Below the pieces are notes generated by a model. The model was not told the origin of the DNA. It saw only the letters and a list, made by a program, of their open reading frames with translations, and ran no database searches. From assembly GCA_965602015.1 (NCBI GenBank), contig OZ271918.1:2944001-3008000 (forward strand): 64,000 bases of DNA, written 5' to 3'. Numbering within the stretch: position 1 is the stretch's first letter; every line of letters begins with the position of its first letter. The position numbers and the translations under genes are program-made. This DNA is from Salinispira sp. (lineage in GTDB: Bacteria > Spirochaetota > Spirochaetia > DSM-27196 > Salinispiraceae). Below are positions 38,451 to 47,864 of the stretch, piece by piece.

Positions 38451-40772
38451 TTACGTTTTCTGACCGTCCGCCCCATTATCTGGATCACCGGTTTCCGGGG
38501 AATCGAGTTCCAGTACTTCGAGGTCGGCTACGCTGGCTTCCCGGTCGGCGTCGAGTTCGTCGAGCAGTCGGGATTCGGCCTCCAGGTTCTCCGGGGGTAC
38601 ATTTGAGGGTAGGTCGGCTTCGGGGACAAACGCCTGCGGGCCCGGGGGCCTGGTGTCCGTTGTGTCTTCGCCGTAAGCTGCTTCAGCGCCGGAATCTCCG
38701 TCTTCGCGGGGTAGGGCTGCATCATTCTCTTCCTCGGAATCATCAGCGGCCTCGGAATTATCATCGGCCACGGAATTATCAGCGACATCGGAATTATCAA
38801 CGGCACCGGAATCCTTCGGCTGATCAGCTGTGCCGTCCCCTTGGCCTTCGTCCTGACCGTCTCCCTGACCGTCGCCTTTTAGGTCTGCCGGATCGTCGAG
38901 ATTGATATCGCCGGTATCGCGGATTTCATTGCCTTCGGCGTCGAGCTCGGGCAGGGTGAAGGAGGAAACCGCGACCTTCAGGGCCTTGGCCTTGTCCTGC
39001 AGACCGACGTTGAGGTCGGCTATTGAGGTGACCGCATCGGTAATCTCTCCGACCGACTGGGTTATTTCGCGGAATCCGTTGCTGATCTCCTCTCCCACAT
39101 GCTTGAGCTCGTCGAGTTCGGTGCTCATCTGGGCGGCCGAATCCTTGATGTCCTCGGACTGGCTCACCGCGCTGGCGCTCAGGTCGTCGACCTCCGAAAT
39201 ATGGCTTCGGACGTCGTTCACCGTTCCGGTCATATCGTCCACGCTGGTGCCGATCTCGCCGAAGGCGCTCACCAGACCGTTGATTTCCGATTCGAAATGA
39301 GCGAAGGACTCCTGGGTGCCCCGGGAAGCCCGAGAGACCTGGTTCAGCGAATTGATAATTCCGCTCATCATGTCCCTCATGGTTGAAGACTGTTCCCCGG
39401 TGCTCAATGCGAGGGCGCGAATTTCATCGGCAACTACGGAAAATCCCTTTCCGGCATCCCCGGCCCGTGCAGCCTGAATGGCGGCATTCATTGAGAGGAT
39501 ACTGGTCTGCTCGGCGATCTCGTTAATGCCGGTGAGTATTTTCCCCATATTCTGGCTGGATTCTTCGACGCTTTGGATGCTTTGAACCATCTCCCGGATT
39601 TCCGCGATGCGCTCGGCGCTCATTCGCCCCAGATGCTCCGCCCGTTCACGCCGCTGACTGCTCAGCTCGGAAATTCGTCCGAAAGCCTTGAGCAGCTGAT
39701 CAATGAGTTCCGCCGTCAATTCGAAAGCCTGACGGGTTTTGTGGAAGCCCTGATTCAGATCGCTGATGGACGAGCTTACCTGGGCATTTTCATCGGCGGA
39801 GCTGTTCAGGCTCTCGCTGACTTTTTGAATCTGAAGCGCCATCGAGCTGATGTTGCTGGAAATCTGGGTTATTGCTGCGGCAGTTTCCTGGGTGATGGAC
39901 GACAGATCGCCGCCGACTTCCACGGTATCGCCGCTCATTTCATTGGCGACCTTGAGCCGCCGGGAGAATGACAGTCGCAGGATTTCCAGGGATTTGCTGA
40001 TACTGGTGATTTCGTCCCGGCCCCACACGGGCACCGGCTGACTGAGATCTTTCTCCGCCATGACTTGTACGGATTCCAGAAGGCTCCTGATGCTCTTGGA
40101 CACGCCGCTGACGATGCCGATTATCACCATCAAAACGGCAATGAGCAGGACGATGTTCACCCCAGAGGCGATAAAGGTGATGTTTCGGGACCGCCGGGTA
40201 AGGAGGGAGTTCACCTCGTTGAAGATTTCGGTAAACTGATCCCTGGCCAACTCGTACCCGAAGATGTAACTGTTCACCTTGCTGGAAAACTCGCTTAACA
40301 GAAAAATCTGAAAGCTGGTGAGCCTGTCGTGATTACGCAGGATATAGGAAAACAGGGTCGTTCCGGTAATCTGGTTCAACCCGTTGGTCACAAAAATCTG
40401 CTGCATGTCCAGCTCAAGCCTGCTGGTATTTGCCCTCAGAATAGCCTTGATGTTGTCGATTGCAAGCAGGCTCTCGTCAATCGCCGGGGACAAGCTTCTG
40501 ATGAATTCTATTTCGCTGATAATCGAAAACGCCGCATCGGTCTCGGCAATTACTTCCAGAAATACCCTGGGGTAGCGGTTCATATCGTCCGCCAGGATTG
40601 CCAACATTTTTTCCGATTCGTTGTATATCTGAAGCTGAAGCTCGGTGAGCTTGGCTACATCTTCCTGAGCCCTGATCTGCAGATTCCGGATAAAAAACGT
40701 GGTAAAAAGCAGGGATGCGGCGAGAATGACCACCAGGAAAATGATAATTATTAAGCGTGCGCGTATGGACAT
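38451..40772 (-). CDS. Methyl-accepting chemotaxis protein with long acidic C-terminal tail
   Basis: Two TMs, HAMP (GRDEI), QTSILSMNAAIQAARAGDAGKGFSVVADEIR. Confidence 0.92.
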   Translation of the reverse strand: MSIRARLIIIIFLVVILAASLLFTTFFIRNLQIRAQEDVAKLTELQLQIYNESEKMLAILADDMNRYPRVFLEVIAETDAAFSIISEIEFIRSLSPAIDESLLAIDNIKAILRANTSRLELDMQQIFVTNGLNQITGTTLFSYILRNHDRLTSFQIFLLSEFSSKVNSYIFGYELARDQFTEIFNEVNSLLTRRSRNITFIASGVNIVLLIAVLMVIIGIVSGVSKSIRSLLESVQVMAEKDLSQPVPVWGRDEITSISKSLEILRLSFSRRLKVANEMSGDTVEVGGDLSSITQETAAAITQISSNISSMALQIQKVSESLNSSADENAQVSSSISDLNQGFHKTRQAFELTAELIDQLLKAFGRISELSSQRRERAEHLGRMSAERIAEIREMVQSIQSVEESSQNMGKILTGINEIAEQTSILSMNAAIQAARAGDAGKGFSVVADEIRALALSTGEQSSTMRDMMSGIINSLNQVSRASRGTQESFAHFESEINGLVSAFGEIGTSVDDMTGTVNDVRSHISEVDDLSASAVSQSEDIKDSAAQMSTELDELKHVGEEISNGFREITQSVGEITDAVTSIADLNVGLQDKAKALKVAVSSFTLPELDAEGNEIRDTGDINLDDPADLKGDGQGDGQDEGQGDGTADQPKDSGAVDNSDVADNSVADDNSEAADDSEEENDAALPREDGDSGAEAAYGEDTTDTRPPGPQAFVPEADLPSNVPPENLEAESRLLDELDADREASVADLEVLELDSPETGDPDNGADGQKT

Positions 40773-40895
40773 ATGGACACCTTTTGTTGTGATTGCGGCA
40801 ATTTTTACATTCGATGCACGGCGGTACTTCGCGAAGTCCGCAGTGCTAATTATTTCGCTGCACAGATTTTATGTGAAAAAACCGTTAATACTGCA

Positions 40896-40924
40896 ATTAT
40901 AGTCGGCACTTATGGATAACTCAA
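40896..40924 (-). promoter_or_regulatory. Sigma70-type promoter of the MCP gene
   Basis: Minus strand TTGAGT-17 nt-TATAAT. Confidence 0.6.
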
Positions 40925-42324
40925 GATTTTTCGCGGAGCTCAAGAAGCATAACGGTCTCCACGTGAGGGGTCTGCGGACTCATATCGACCCCGCGGTAGC
41001 GAAGAACCCGGTACTTTACAAGCAGCACCGACAGATCCCGCCCGAGTGAAACCGGGTTGCAGCTCACATAGACAAGACGGCGGGGAGAACAGCGGACAAT
41101 GGTAGACAGTACGTCGGGGTGCATGCCTGCCCGGGGAGGATCGCAAATCATCACATCGGGACTCCCGTGTTCATCGATGAACTGCGCGTTCAACACGTCC
41201 TTCATGTCTCCGGCATAGAAACGGCAGTTCCCGATGCCGTTTAGCCTAGCATTGATGCGGGCGTCGGCCACCGCTTCCTCGACGTATTCGATTCCGATGA
41301 GCGAGGCAGCTTTCTCAGCCAGATACAGGGCGATGCTTCCGGTACCGGTATACAAATCGTACACCACTTCATTGCCCTTCAAGTCGGCGTATTCCTTTAC
41401 CAGGTCGTATAGCCTGCGGGTCTGCTCGGGATTTACCTGAAAAAACGATTGGGGTCCGACGCGGAACCGGAGATCTCCCAAAACCTCGTAAATCGCCGTC
41501 TCACCTGCATAGTGATAGGCGGGGCAGTCGCCGTAGGCATCGTTCATCTTGCCGTTGATTATGTAATAGAGGCTTTTGATCTCGGGAAACTCGGTGCCCA
41601 GGCCTCCGAGTATATTGTCTACCGCATTCTGGTCCATTTCGTAGAGAACCAGGGAAACCATCACTTCGCCGGTGCCGCTTATACGGACAACCAGGGTGCG
41701 CAGCAGCCCTTCATGGTTTATGGGATCATGAAAGCTCCAGCCGCCGTCGATGGCCATCTGCCGAACCCGGTTGCGGATTCGGTCTGAAATCTCTTCCTGA
41801 TGAAAGCACTGATAGATATCCACTACCCGGTTATTTTGACGGGGGACGAAAAAACCAAGGGCCCGCCGGTCGCCCTGCTGGGCAGGATCGTCAAACCAGC
41901 GCCGGGTGGAAAAAGAAAACTCCAGCTTGTTGCGATACCGTATTTCACGGGGGCTGGGCAGGACCGGTGCCTCGGGTGCCGGAAGGCCGTCGTGCTGGGC
42001 CAGCGCTTTGGCCAGAATTTCACTCTTGTATCGCAGCTGGGCGGGGTATGCCGCATGCTGCCAGCTGCAGCCTCCGCAGGCGCTAAAATGCGGGCACCAG
42101 GGTTCGACCCTGTCGGGGCTGGGATGTATAAGAGATATCAGCCGGGCATCAAAGGCATTTTTACGCCGGCGAATTTCCTGCATTGCGGCTTCATCACCGG
42201 GTATCAGTACCGAGCTGTCTGCATATATATATCGCTCACCCACGGGCTCGGACGAAACGCTTCGTCCCTTCACGCTTATACCGTCGAAGCGCACGCTATC
42301 AAAGGTTTTTTTACTTCTGGCCAT
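40921..42324 (-). CDS. rlmD: 23S rRNA m5U1939 methyltransferase
   Basis: CPHFSACGGC 4Fe-4S motif, SFFQVN, DLYTGTG, DPPRAG, YVSCNP, HVE. Confidence 0.92.
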   Translation of the reverse strand: MARSKKTFDSVRFDGISVKGRSVSSEPVGERYIYADSSVLIPGDEAAMQEIRRRKNAFDARLISLIHPSPDRVEPWCPHFSACGGCSWQHAAYPAQLRYKSEILAKALAQHDGLPAPEAPVLPSPREIRYRNKLEFSFSTRRWFDDPAQQGDRRALGFFVPRQNNRVVDIYQCFHQEEISDRIRNRVRQMAIDGGWSFHDPINHEGLLRTLVVRISGTGEVMVSLVLYEMDQNAVDNILGGLGTEFPEIKSLYYIINGKMNDAYGDCPAYHYAGETAIYEVLGDLRFRVGPQSFFQVNPEQTRRLYDLVKEYADLKGNEVVYDLYTGTGSIALYLAEKAASLIGIEYVEEAVADARINARLNGIGNCRFYAGDMKDVLNAQFIDEHGSPDVMICDPPRAGMHPDVLSTIVRCSPRRLVYVSCNPVSLGRDLSVLLVKYRVLRYRGVDMSPQTPHVETVMLLELREKS

Positions 42325-42352
42325 CGGGGCACTATATCATGTACCATCCGGC

Positions 42353-43084
42353 ATGATGAATACGTCCTATCAAAAAGCCCTCAACGAGTACCTTTCCGGC
42401 TTCGTCACCGAACAGCGCCTGGATAAAATCAGGCGGGTTCTGGCCCAGCGCCACCGCTACATTACGGTTATGCTGGAAGACATCTACCAGCCCCACAACG
42501 CCAGCGCCGTACTGCGCAGCTGCGACGCCTTCGGCATACAGGACGTGCACATCGTCGAAAACCGGAACCGCTACCGCATTAATCCCGACGTCGAACTGGG
42601 CACCGCCCAGTGGCTCAGCATTACCCGCTACAACGCCGGTGAGCACAACACCGCCGAAGCGGTGCGGGCCCTGAGAAAAAAAGGATACCGCATCGTCGCA
42701 ACGGCTCCCCACAGCGACGACTGCCTGCTCGCCGATCTGGATCTGTCGCCGGGACCGGTCGCCCTGATGTTCGGCACCGAACTGTCCGGTCTCAGTGATC
42801 AGGCCATGGAGCTGGCCGACGAGTTCGTCCGGATTCCCATGCACGGCTTCGTCGAGAGCTTCAATATTTCCGTCTCGGCGGCTCTGAGCCTCTACGATCT
42901 GGACCGCCGGCTGCGGAGTTCTGACATAGCGTTTCAGCTGACCGAGGACGAGCACTGCGAAATTCAGGGGCAGTGGCTGGCAGCCTCAATAAAAAAAAGC
43001 CAGGCCTTGGAGGCGGAATTTCGGCGGACATATCGGGAAGCCGGGGCGGGGACCCGGGGGGCACAGGACGCAGCTGATGAATAA
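42353..43084 (+). CDS. SpoU/TrmH family RNA methyltransferase
   Basis: HNASAVLRSCDAFG, FGTELSGLS, IPMHGFVESFNISV. Confidence 0.92.
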   Translation: MMNTSYQKALNEYLSGFVTEQRLDKIRRVLAQRHRYITVMLEDIYQPHNASAVLRSCDAFGIQDVHIVENRNRYRINPDVELGTAQWLSITRYNAGEHNTAEAVRALRKKGYRIVATAPHSDDCLLADLDLSPGPVALMFGTELSGLSDQAMELADEFVRIPMHGFVESFNISVSAALSLYDLDRRLRSSDIAFQLTEDEHCEIQGQWLAASIKKSQALEAEFRRTYREAGAGTRGAQDAADE

Positions 43085-43646
43085 GTCCTCGCTGGAAGAA
43101 GAGAAGCACAAACTCCGCAGGGAGCTGGCGGAAATCCTGTCGGCGGTGCCGGAGGAGGATAAATCCTCCCGCTGCGCAGGGCTTACAGCCCGTCTCGAAA
43201 CCTTGAACTGCTACATGGGAGCCAGGCATATACTGGCGTACTTCCCCATGGCCGCCGAACTTCCCCTCCTGGAGCTGTGGAAGAACATACACAGCAGGGG
43301 CAAGCGCCTGTATCTGCCCCGGGTGACAGGCGGTGAAATGCGGTTTTTTCTGTGGGATCCCCCGAACCCTTCGGCATTGGTGCCCGGGAAATACCGAATT
43401 CCCGCGCCGGGACCGGCTGCGCCGCCCTGGCCCGAGGAGGAACAGACCGATAGCCTGGCCATAGTTCCCGGACTGGGATTCAGCCGCGACGGCAGGCGCC
43501 TCGGGCGCGGAGGGGGATTTTACGACCGATTTCTGTTACACTATAGCCAGGTGGAACGGGTCGCGCTGTGCCTGGAAGAGCAGATCCGCGAAGACATTCC
43601 CGCGGATGAGCGCGATGCCCTGATGAGTCACATTATTAGCTGCTGA
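43077..43646 (+). CDS. 5-formyltetrahydrofolate cyclo-ligase
   Basis: VPGLGFSRDGRRLGRGGGFYDRFL. Confidence 0.93.
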   Translation: MNKSSLEEEKHKLRRELAEILSAVPEEDKSSRCAGLTARLETLNCYMGARHILAYFPMAAELPLLELWKNIHSRGKRLYLPRVTGGEMRFFLWDPPNPSALVPGKYRIPAPGPAAPPWPEEEQTDSLAIVPGLGFSRDGRRLGRGGGFYDRFLLHYSQVERVALCLEEQIREDIPADERDALMSHIISC

Positions 43647-43682
43647 GCAGCCAGTGCACGAGGGTCTGAACGGAGGAAGAAC

Positions 43683-44273
43683 ATGGGACAGATAAAAAGC
43701 GCATGGGAACTGGCCCTGGAGCGTACCAAAGATATTGAAGCCGATAAGGGCGGTCTGGAAGAGCGGGAGCAAAAAGAGGCCGGCATGAGGCTTTTTGCCT
43801 GGCTTGAAGCGGGGAATGAGGAAAAGGTCACGGAGTTTCTCAAAGATTCGTCGGGTGAAAAACGCCGAAACGCTCTCTCAGGCTTTATGGAAATACTGCT
43901 GAGCAGAATCAGTCTGCCGAGCAGTGAACTTAGCCTCGATGGGGTGCCCGTCATTGCAAAGGCTCTGGATGTGCTGTTTCCCGGTCAGGAGGCGGTACGG
44001 GGAATTCCCGAGCAGATCAGGCAATTCTACGAATCGTATCTGGCCGACAGGAACCGTCTGGTCGAAGCCCTGAGTGAGCGCTTCAAACCGATGCTGCGCG
44101 AAAAAGAACAGCAGCTCGCCCAGCAGACCGGTCAGCGGGTCACCCTCCGCCCGGAGATGGATCCCGAATTCAACAAGGCCCTCCAGGCCAATCTGGACAA
44201 AATGAACGAGCAGTATTCCCAGGTTATCGACAAGGTCCGGGAAGAGCTCCGGCAAAAGTTCAAGGACGGCTGA
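43683..44273 (+). CDS. Conserved helical hypothetical protein (DUF6657-like)
   Basis: MGQIKSAWELALERT N-terminus, PEMDPEF; GGAGG RBS. Confidence 0.75.
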   Translation: MGQIKSAWELALERTKDIEADKGGLEEREQKEAGMRLFAWLEAGNEEKVTEFLKDSSGEKRRNALSGFMEILLSRISLPSSELSLDGVPVIAKALDVLFPGQEAVRGIPEQIRQFYESYLADRNRLVEALSERFKPMLREKEQQLAQQTGQRVTLRPEMDPEFNKALQANLDKMNEQYSQVIDKVREELRQKFKDG

Positions 44274-47200
44274 CCATCGCTGCCGGCAGCCCTTCATCGA
44301 CCCTCCGTCAGGGAGACCGGAGAAGAATTACCGTTCTCTTCGCCGACCTGGTTAACTCTACCGCCATTACCGGGGGATTGGACCCGGAAGATGCCGATGA
44401 AATGCTCTCCCGGCTGTTCGAGCGTTTCGAGGGAATCGTCCGTGACCGGGAGGGCAGCGTCGAAAAATACATCGGCGACGCCATGGTTGCGGTCTTCGGC
44501 GTGCCGGTAATTCACGAGGACGACGCTGAACGGGCAGTGGACAGCGGCATTGCAATTCTCCAGGAACTGGATCACATGAAAACCCGCGGCGAAGTGCCGC
44601 TGGAAATCGATTTGCGCATTGGGGTGCACGGGGGCCTGATAACCACCGGGAAACGGGGGGAATATAAGGTGGTCACCGGGGCTACCATGAACATCACCTC
44701 CCGCATTCAGGAGATGGCCGAACCCGGACAGATGCTGGTAAGCGCCGAGACCGTCGCCCAGTGTTCGGGAGACATCAGATTTGATGACGGGGTGCGCCGA
44801 AAAATCCGGGGGAGCGACGGGGCGGTAACGGTCCATCGGGTGCTGCCCGGCAACCGCCGGATCGATGCCGATGAACTTTTTATCGGCCGGCGGGAACTCC
44901 TGAGGGAAATGCGCAACAATTTCTACCAGGACCACAATAGCGGCAACCGGGGTTTTCTCATAACCGGGGAACCGGGAATCGGCAAAACCGGCCTGGTCTA
45001 CCGCCTCATCAAGGAAATCGGGAAGGATTCCACCGGCAGTAATCAGGTGCTGATCTCCCGTGCCCGGCGGTTTCGCCGAGTCCCCTACATAGTAATCGTG
45101 GATTTTATTACCCACTACTTCGATTTGAGCAGGAATATGACCGAAGCCCACATCGTCCAGACCATGTGCAACCGATCCAGGGGCATCAGGATCTCGAGTA
45201 AACCTCTGGCCGCCCGCTTCGCGCAGTTTTACCGGGATATTAGCGGTCAGACTCTCAGGGACTCGGCCTTTGAAATTATCAACGGAGTATTTTCCGATTT
45301 CCTCGACAACGCTCCTGACATCGGACGAAATCTCCTGTTTATCGATAATTCCGACGCAATGGACCGCAAAAGCCTGGACTACCTTAAATTCATTTTGTCC
45401 CAAAGCGAACCGGGCCCCATGGTAATCCTCTGCGAGCGGGAACCCCGAGAGGAACTGGCCGAGTGGATACCCGGTCTGATCCACCGGGACCTGCCGCCGT
45501 TGGAAAATAACGAAAGCCGGGAACTGATCCGCCATCTGATCCCCGGCGCCGACGACGAGGATGCCCGTCATATCGCCGAACTCAGCAGGGGAAACCCCCT
45601 GTACCTGCGCAGCTATGCCCGATACGTTTCCGGCGACAGCAGCGGAAAAAAAGTCGAGTCCCATCTGCCGGACAATATCCAGAACCTCATCCTCAGCAGA
45701 ATCGAAAGATATAATCCGGAATACCGGGACCTCATTATCAAGCTCTCGGCATTCGTGAATAATTTCACCGTAGATGACGCCAGATACATTCTCCTGCGCA
45801 CCGGCGAAAACCCCGAAATAGCCGCCCAGGCGCTTCAGTTCTACTACCGGGAAGACCTCATCGACGAGAACCACGGAATGTTCTTTTTCAGGCATGAACT
45901 GGTGAAACAGGCGCTTTACGATTCAATTCTGAACTACAACAAACGAATTCTCCACGGGGTGATAATTGACCTGATGAGCGTCCAGGATCAGCCTCATCCG
46001 GTGCGCATGCTCCATCACCTCGTCCGGGCCGGGCGAAACAGCGACGCCGTTGAGCACCTGGGAAAAAGCCGGGGACGGATTTACAATATGGATTACCTGC
46101 CCTACCTGGATCAGCTCGAGCAACTGGAAGGCGATGATCCGGTGCTTTCCATGGATATCATGTTCATGAAGGCCCGGATTCTGTTTAATAACGGCTTTAT
46201 CCATAAGGCCGAGGCCCTGGTGACCACCATGCTGGGATACTCTCTGGCGCACCGCGACCGGCTGTACGCCGCGGTGGCGCATCACATTCTAGCTGCCCAG
46301 AATATCAAGGAAGGGAATTTCGAACGGGGCTTTGTGAGCGGCCTCAAAGCCCTTCACAACTATTCCCTGACCGATGAAGAGCTTTTTTCCCTTCACCGCG
46401 GACTGGTCTCCCGCTCGAAAAAAGAAACGATGGCCGCGGTTATCGGAATAATGGTTCAGGGCGAAATACGGCGGGGCAATGTCGACGAGGCTCAGGCCCT
46501 GATCGCCGAACTTGAAAGCGCTGAGAACCGGCGGTTTCACACCGCCAGTCTCATCCAGCTCGATATTTATCTCGGGGACCACCGGAAAGCCCGGGAGCGC
46601 ATTATCGAAATTGAGCGCTCGGAAGATCACGATCCGGAGCTGCCAATCCGCTTTTTGCCCTATCTCAAATTTCTGGTCGGTGAATGGGGTGATCTGGAAG
46701 AAATCTGTGATGAAATTCTTCACTCGGAACACCGTGACGCGGTTTCCCGGGTACAGGCCCTGGGGTTCAAGGCCCTGAGCCTGTGGTCCAGAGACCGGGA
46801 AGATCGCCGGATAGACAGTCTTATGGAACAGGCGATTTTTCGATCGTCCCAGAGCCCCAACGAAGTCGACCGCATAATAAACTGCGCCAGCATTGCCGAA
46901 TTGTTCTGGATAATGGGGCATGACAGCGCCGCCGAGAGCAATGCCCTGGGGGCCCTGGTCAGCGCCCAACGCCATTCAATGACCCAGGAATTGTTCAGCC
47001 TACTGGTTATCCTCACGGAGATCCATTACAGTCGGTCCGAAAGGGAACAGGCGCTGTTCTACCTGGAGGACGCCCTCCAGATGTCCAGCCTCGGAGATCT
47101 TTTAAAGAGGCGTGACAGAATCAGCTGCGGGTACTTCGCCGGTATTCTCGGACTCGAAGGGGTTCCTCCCGTGGAGGAAACCAGGGCGTTGTTGGAGCGC

Positions 47201-47284
47201 GAGCTGGAGCAATATGAAGCCGCTGGCCGGGAACTGTTCGCCTCGGCCAGGTATTTCGGAGAGATTATCTCGCACCTGCTCTAA
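44270..47284 (+). CDS. Class III nucleotide cyclase fused to STAND-type ATPase, winged helix and TPR-like region (start codon non-canonical or uncertain)
   Basis: RRRITVLFADLVNST (upstream of the track start), KYIGDAMVAVFG, NITSRIQ, GEPGIGKT, GNPLYL, FRHELVKQALY. Confidence 0.88.
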   Translation: MTIAAGSPSSTLRQGDRRRITVLFADLVNSTAITGGLDPEDADEMLSRLFERFEGIVRDREGSVEKYIGDAMVAVFGVPVIHEDDAERAVDSGIAILQELDHMKTRGEVPLEIDLRIGVHGGLITTGKRGEYKVVTGATMNITSRIQEMAEPGQMLVSAETVAQCSGDIRFDDGVRRKIRGSDGAVTVHRVLPGNRRIDADELFIGRRELLREMRNNFYQDHNSGNRGFLITGEPGIGKTGLVYRLIKEIGKDSTGSNQVLISRARRFRRVPYIVIVDFITHYFDLSRNMTEAHIVQTMCNRSRGIRISSKPLAARFAQFYRDISGQTLRDSAFEIINGVFSDFLDNAPDIGRNLLFIDNSDAMDRKSLDYLKFILSQSEPGPMVILCEREPREELAEWIPGLIHRDLPPLENNESRELIRHLIPGADDEDARHIAELSRGNPLYLRSYARYVSGDSSGKKVESHLPDNIQNLILSRIERYNPEYRDLIIKLSAFVNNFTVDDARYILLRTGENPEIAAQALQFYYREDLIDENHGMFFFRHELVKQALYDSILNYNKRILHGVIIDLMSVQDQPHPVRMLHHLVRAGRNSDAVEHLGKSRGRIYNMDYLPYLDQLEQLEGDDPVLSMDIMFMKARILFNNGFIHKAEALVTTMLGYSLAHRDRLYAAVAHHILAAQNIKEGNFERGFVSGLKALHNYSLTDEELFSLHRGLVSRSKKETMAAVIGIMVQGEIRRGNVDEAQALIAELESAENRRFHTASLIQLDIYLGDHRKARERIIEIERSEDHDPELPIRFLPYLKFLVGEWGDLEEICDEILHSEHRDAVSRVQALGFKALSLWSRDREDRRIDSLMEQAIFRSSQSPNEVDRIINCASIAELFWIMGHDSAAESNALGALVSAQRHSMTQELFSLLVILTEIHYSRSEREQALFYLEDALQMSSLGDLLKRRDRISCGYFAGILGLEGVPPVEETRALLERELEQYEAAGRELFASARYFGEIISHLL

Positions 47285-47402
47285 TCCGCCGGGGATTCGA
47301 CCCTATGCGGCCGTCCGCAATGGACAGATAAAAAGCGCAGAACTATACTGATGGATATGTCGTCACATCCCAGCCGCATCTACTACACAAGGAGCCTCAT
47401 GC

Positions 47403-47843
47403 ATGAGCGATTTCACCATCCTGAAAAGCGTAACGCTGTTCGAGAATCTCGATAACAAGTATTTGAAGACCATACACAAGGCCTGCACCCCTCGGGAGTT
47501 CGCTGCCGGCGAGGCGCTGGTTGAACAGGGCACCGCAGGCGTCGGCCTGTTCATCATCGTCAGCGGTTCGGTAAAGGTAGTCAAGGAGACCGGCGCCGGT
47601 GAAAAACTGGAAATTGCCTCTCACGGAGCCGGGGAAGTCATCGGTGAATTCTCGGTGCTTGACGGCGCGGCCAGAACCGCCCACGTGATTGCCGAGAGCG
47701 ACACCAGCTGCCTGCTTTTGTCCTCCTGGAGTTTTCAGGCAATAATGGAATCCCATCCCGAAGTGGCGCGGGGTATTCTCCCCATTGTCGTAAAGCGCTT
47801 CCGGGAGACCAATGCCGCATTGATGAAGTGCATGGATTCCTGA
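47403..47843 (+). CDS. Stand-alone cyclic nucleotide-binding domain protein (no HTH)
   Basis: LFIIVSGSVKV, GEFSVLDGAARTAHV phosphate-binding cassette; AAGGAG RBS. Confidence 0.9.
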   Translation: MSDFTILKSVTLFENLDNKYLKTIHKACTPREFAAGEALVEQGTAGVGLFIIVSGSVKVVKETGAGEKLEIASHGAGEVIGEFSVLDGAARTAHVIAESDTSCLLLSSWSFQAIMESHPEVARGILPIVVKRFRETNAALMKCMDS

Positions 47844-47864
47844 CCGGCCACAGCCGGGGCCGGA

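Noticed and set aside
41906..42352. N-terminal extension of the TrmH ORF
   Set aside because: Overlaps rlmD on the opposite strand; the real start is near 42353
42950..43080. 6S RNA upstream of the 5-formyl-THF cyclo-ligase gene
   Set aside because: No intergenic space; the upstream methyltransferase gene overlaps the start
44294..45895. 533-aa minus-strand ORF
   Set aside because: Antisense shadow of the cyclase gene; no motifs, typical of GC-rich codon bias
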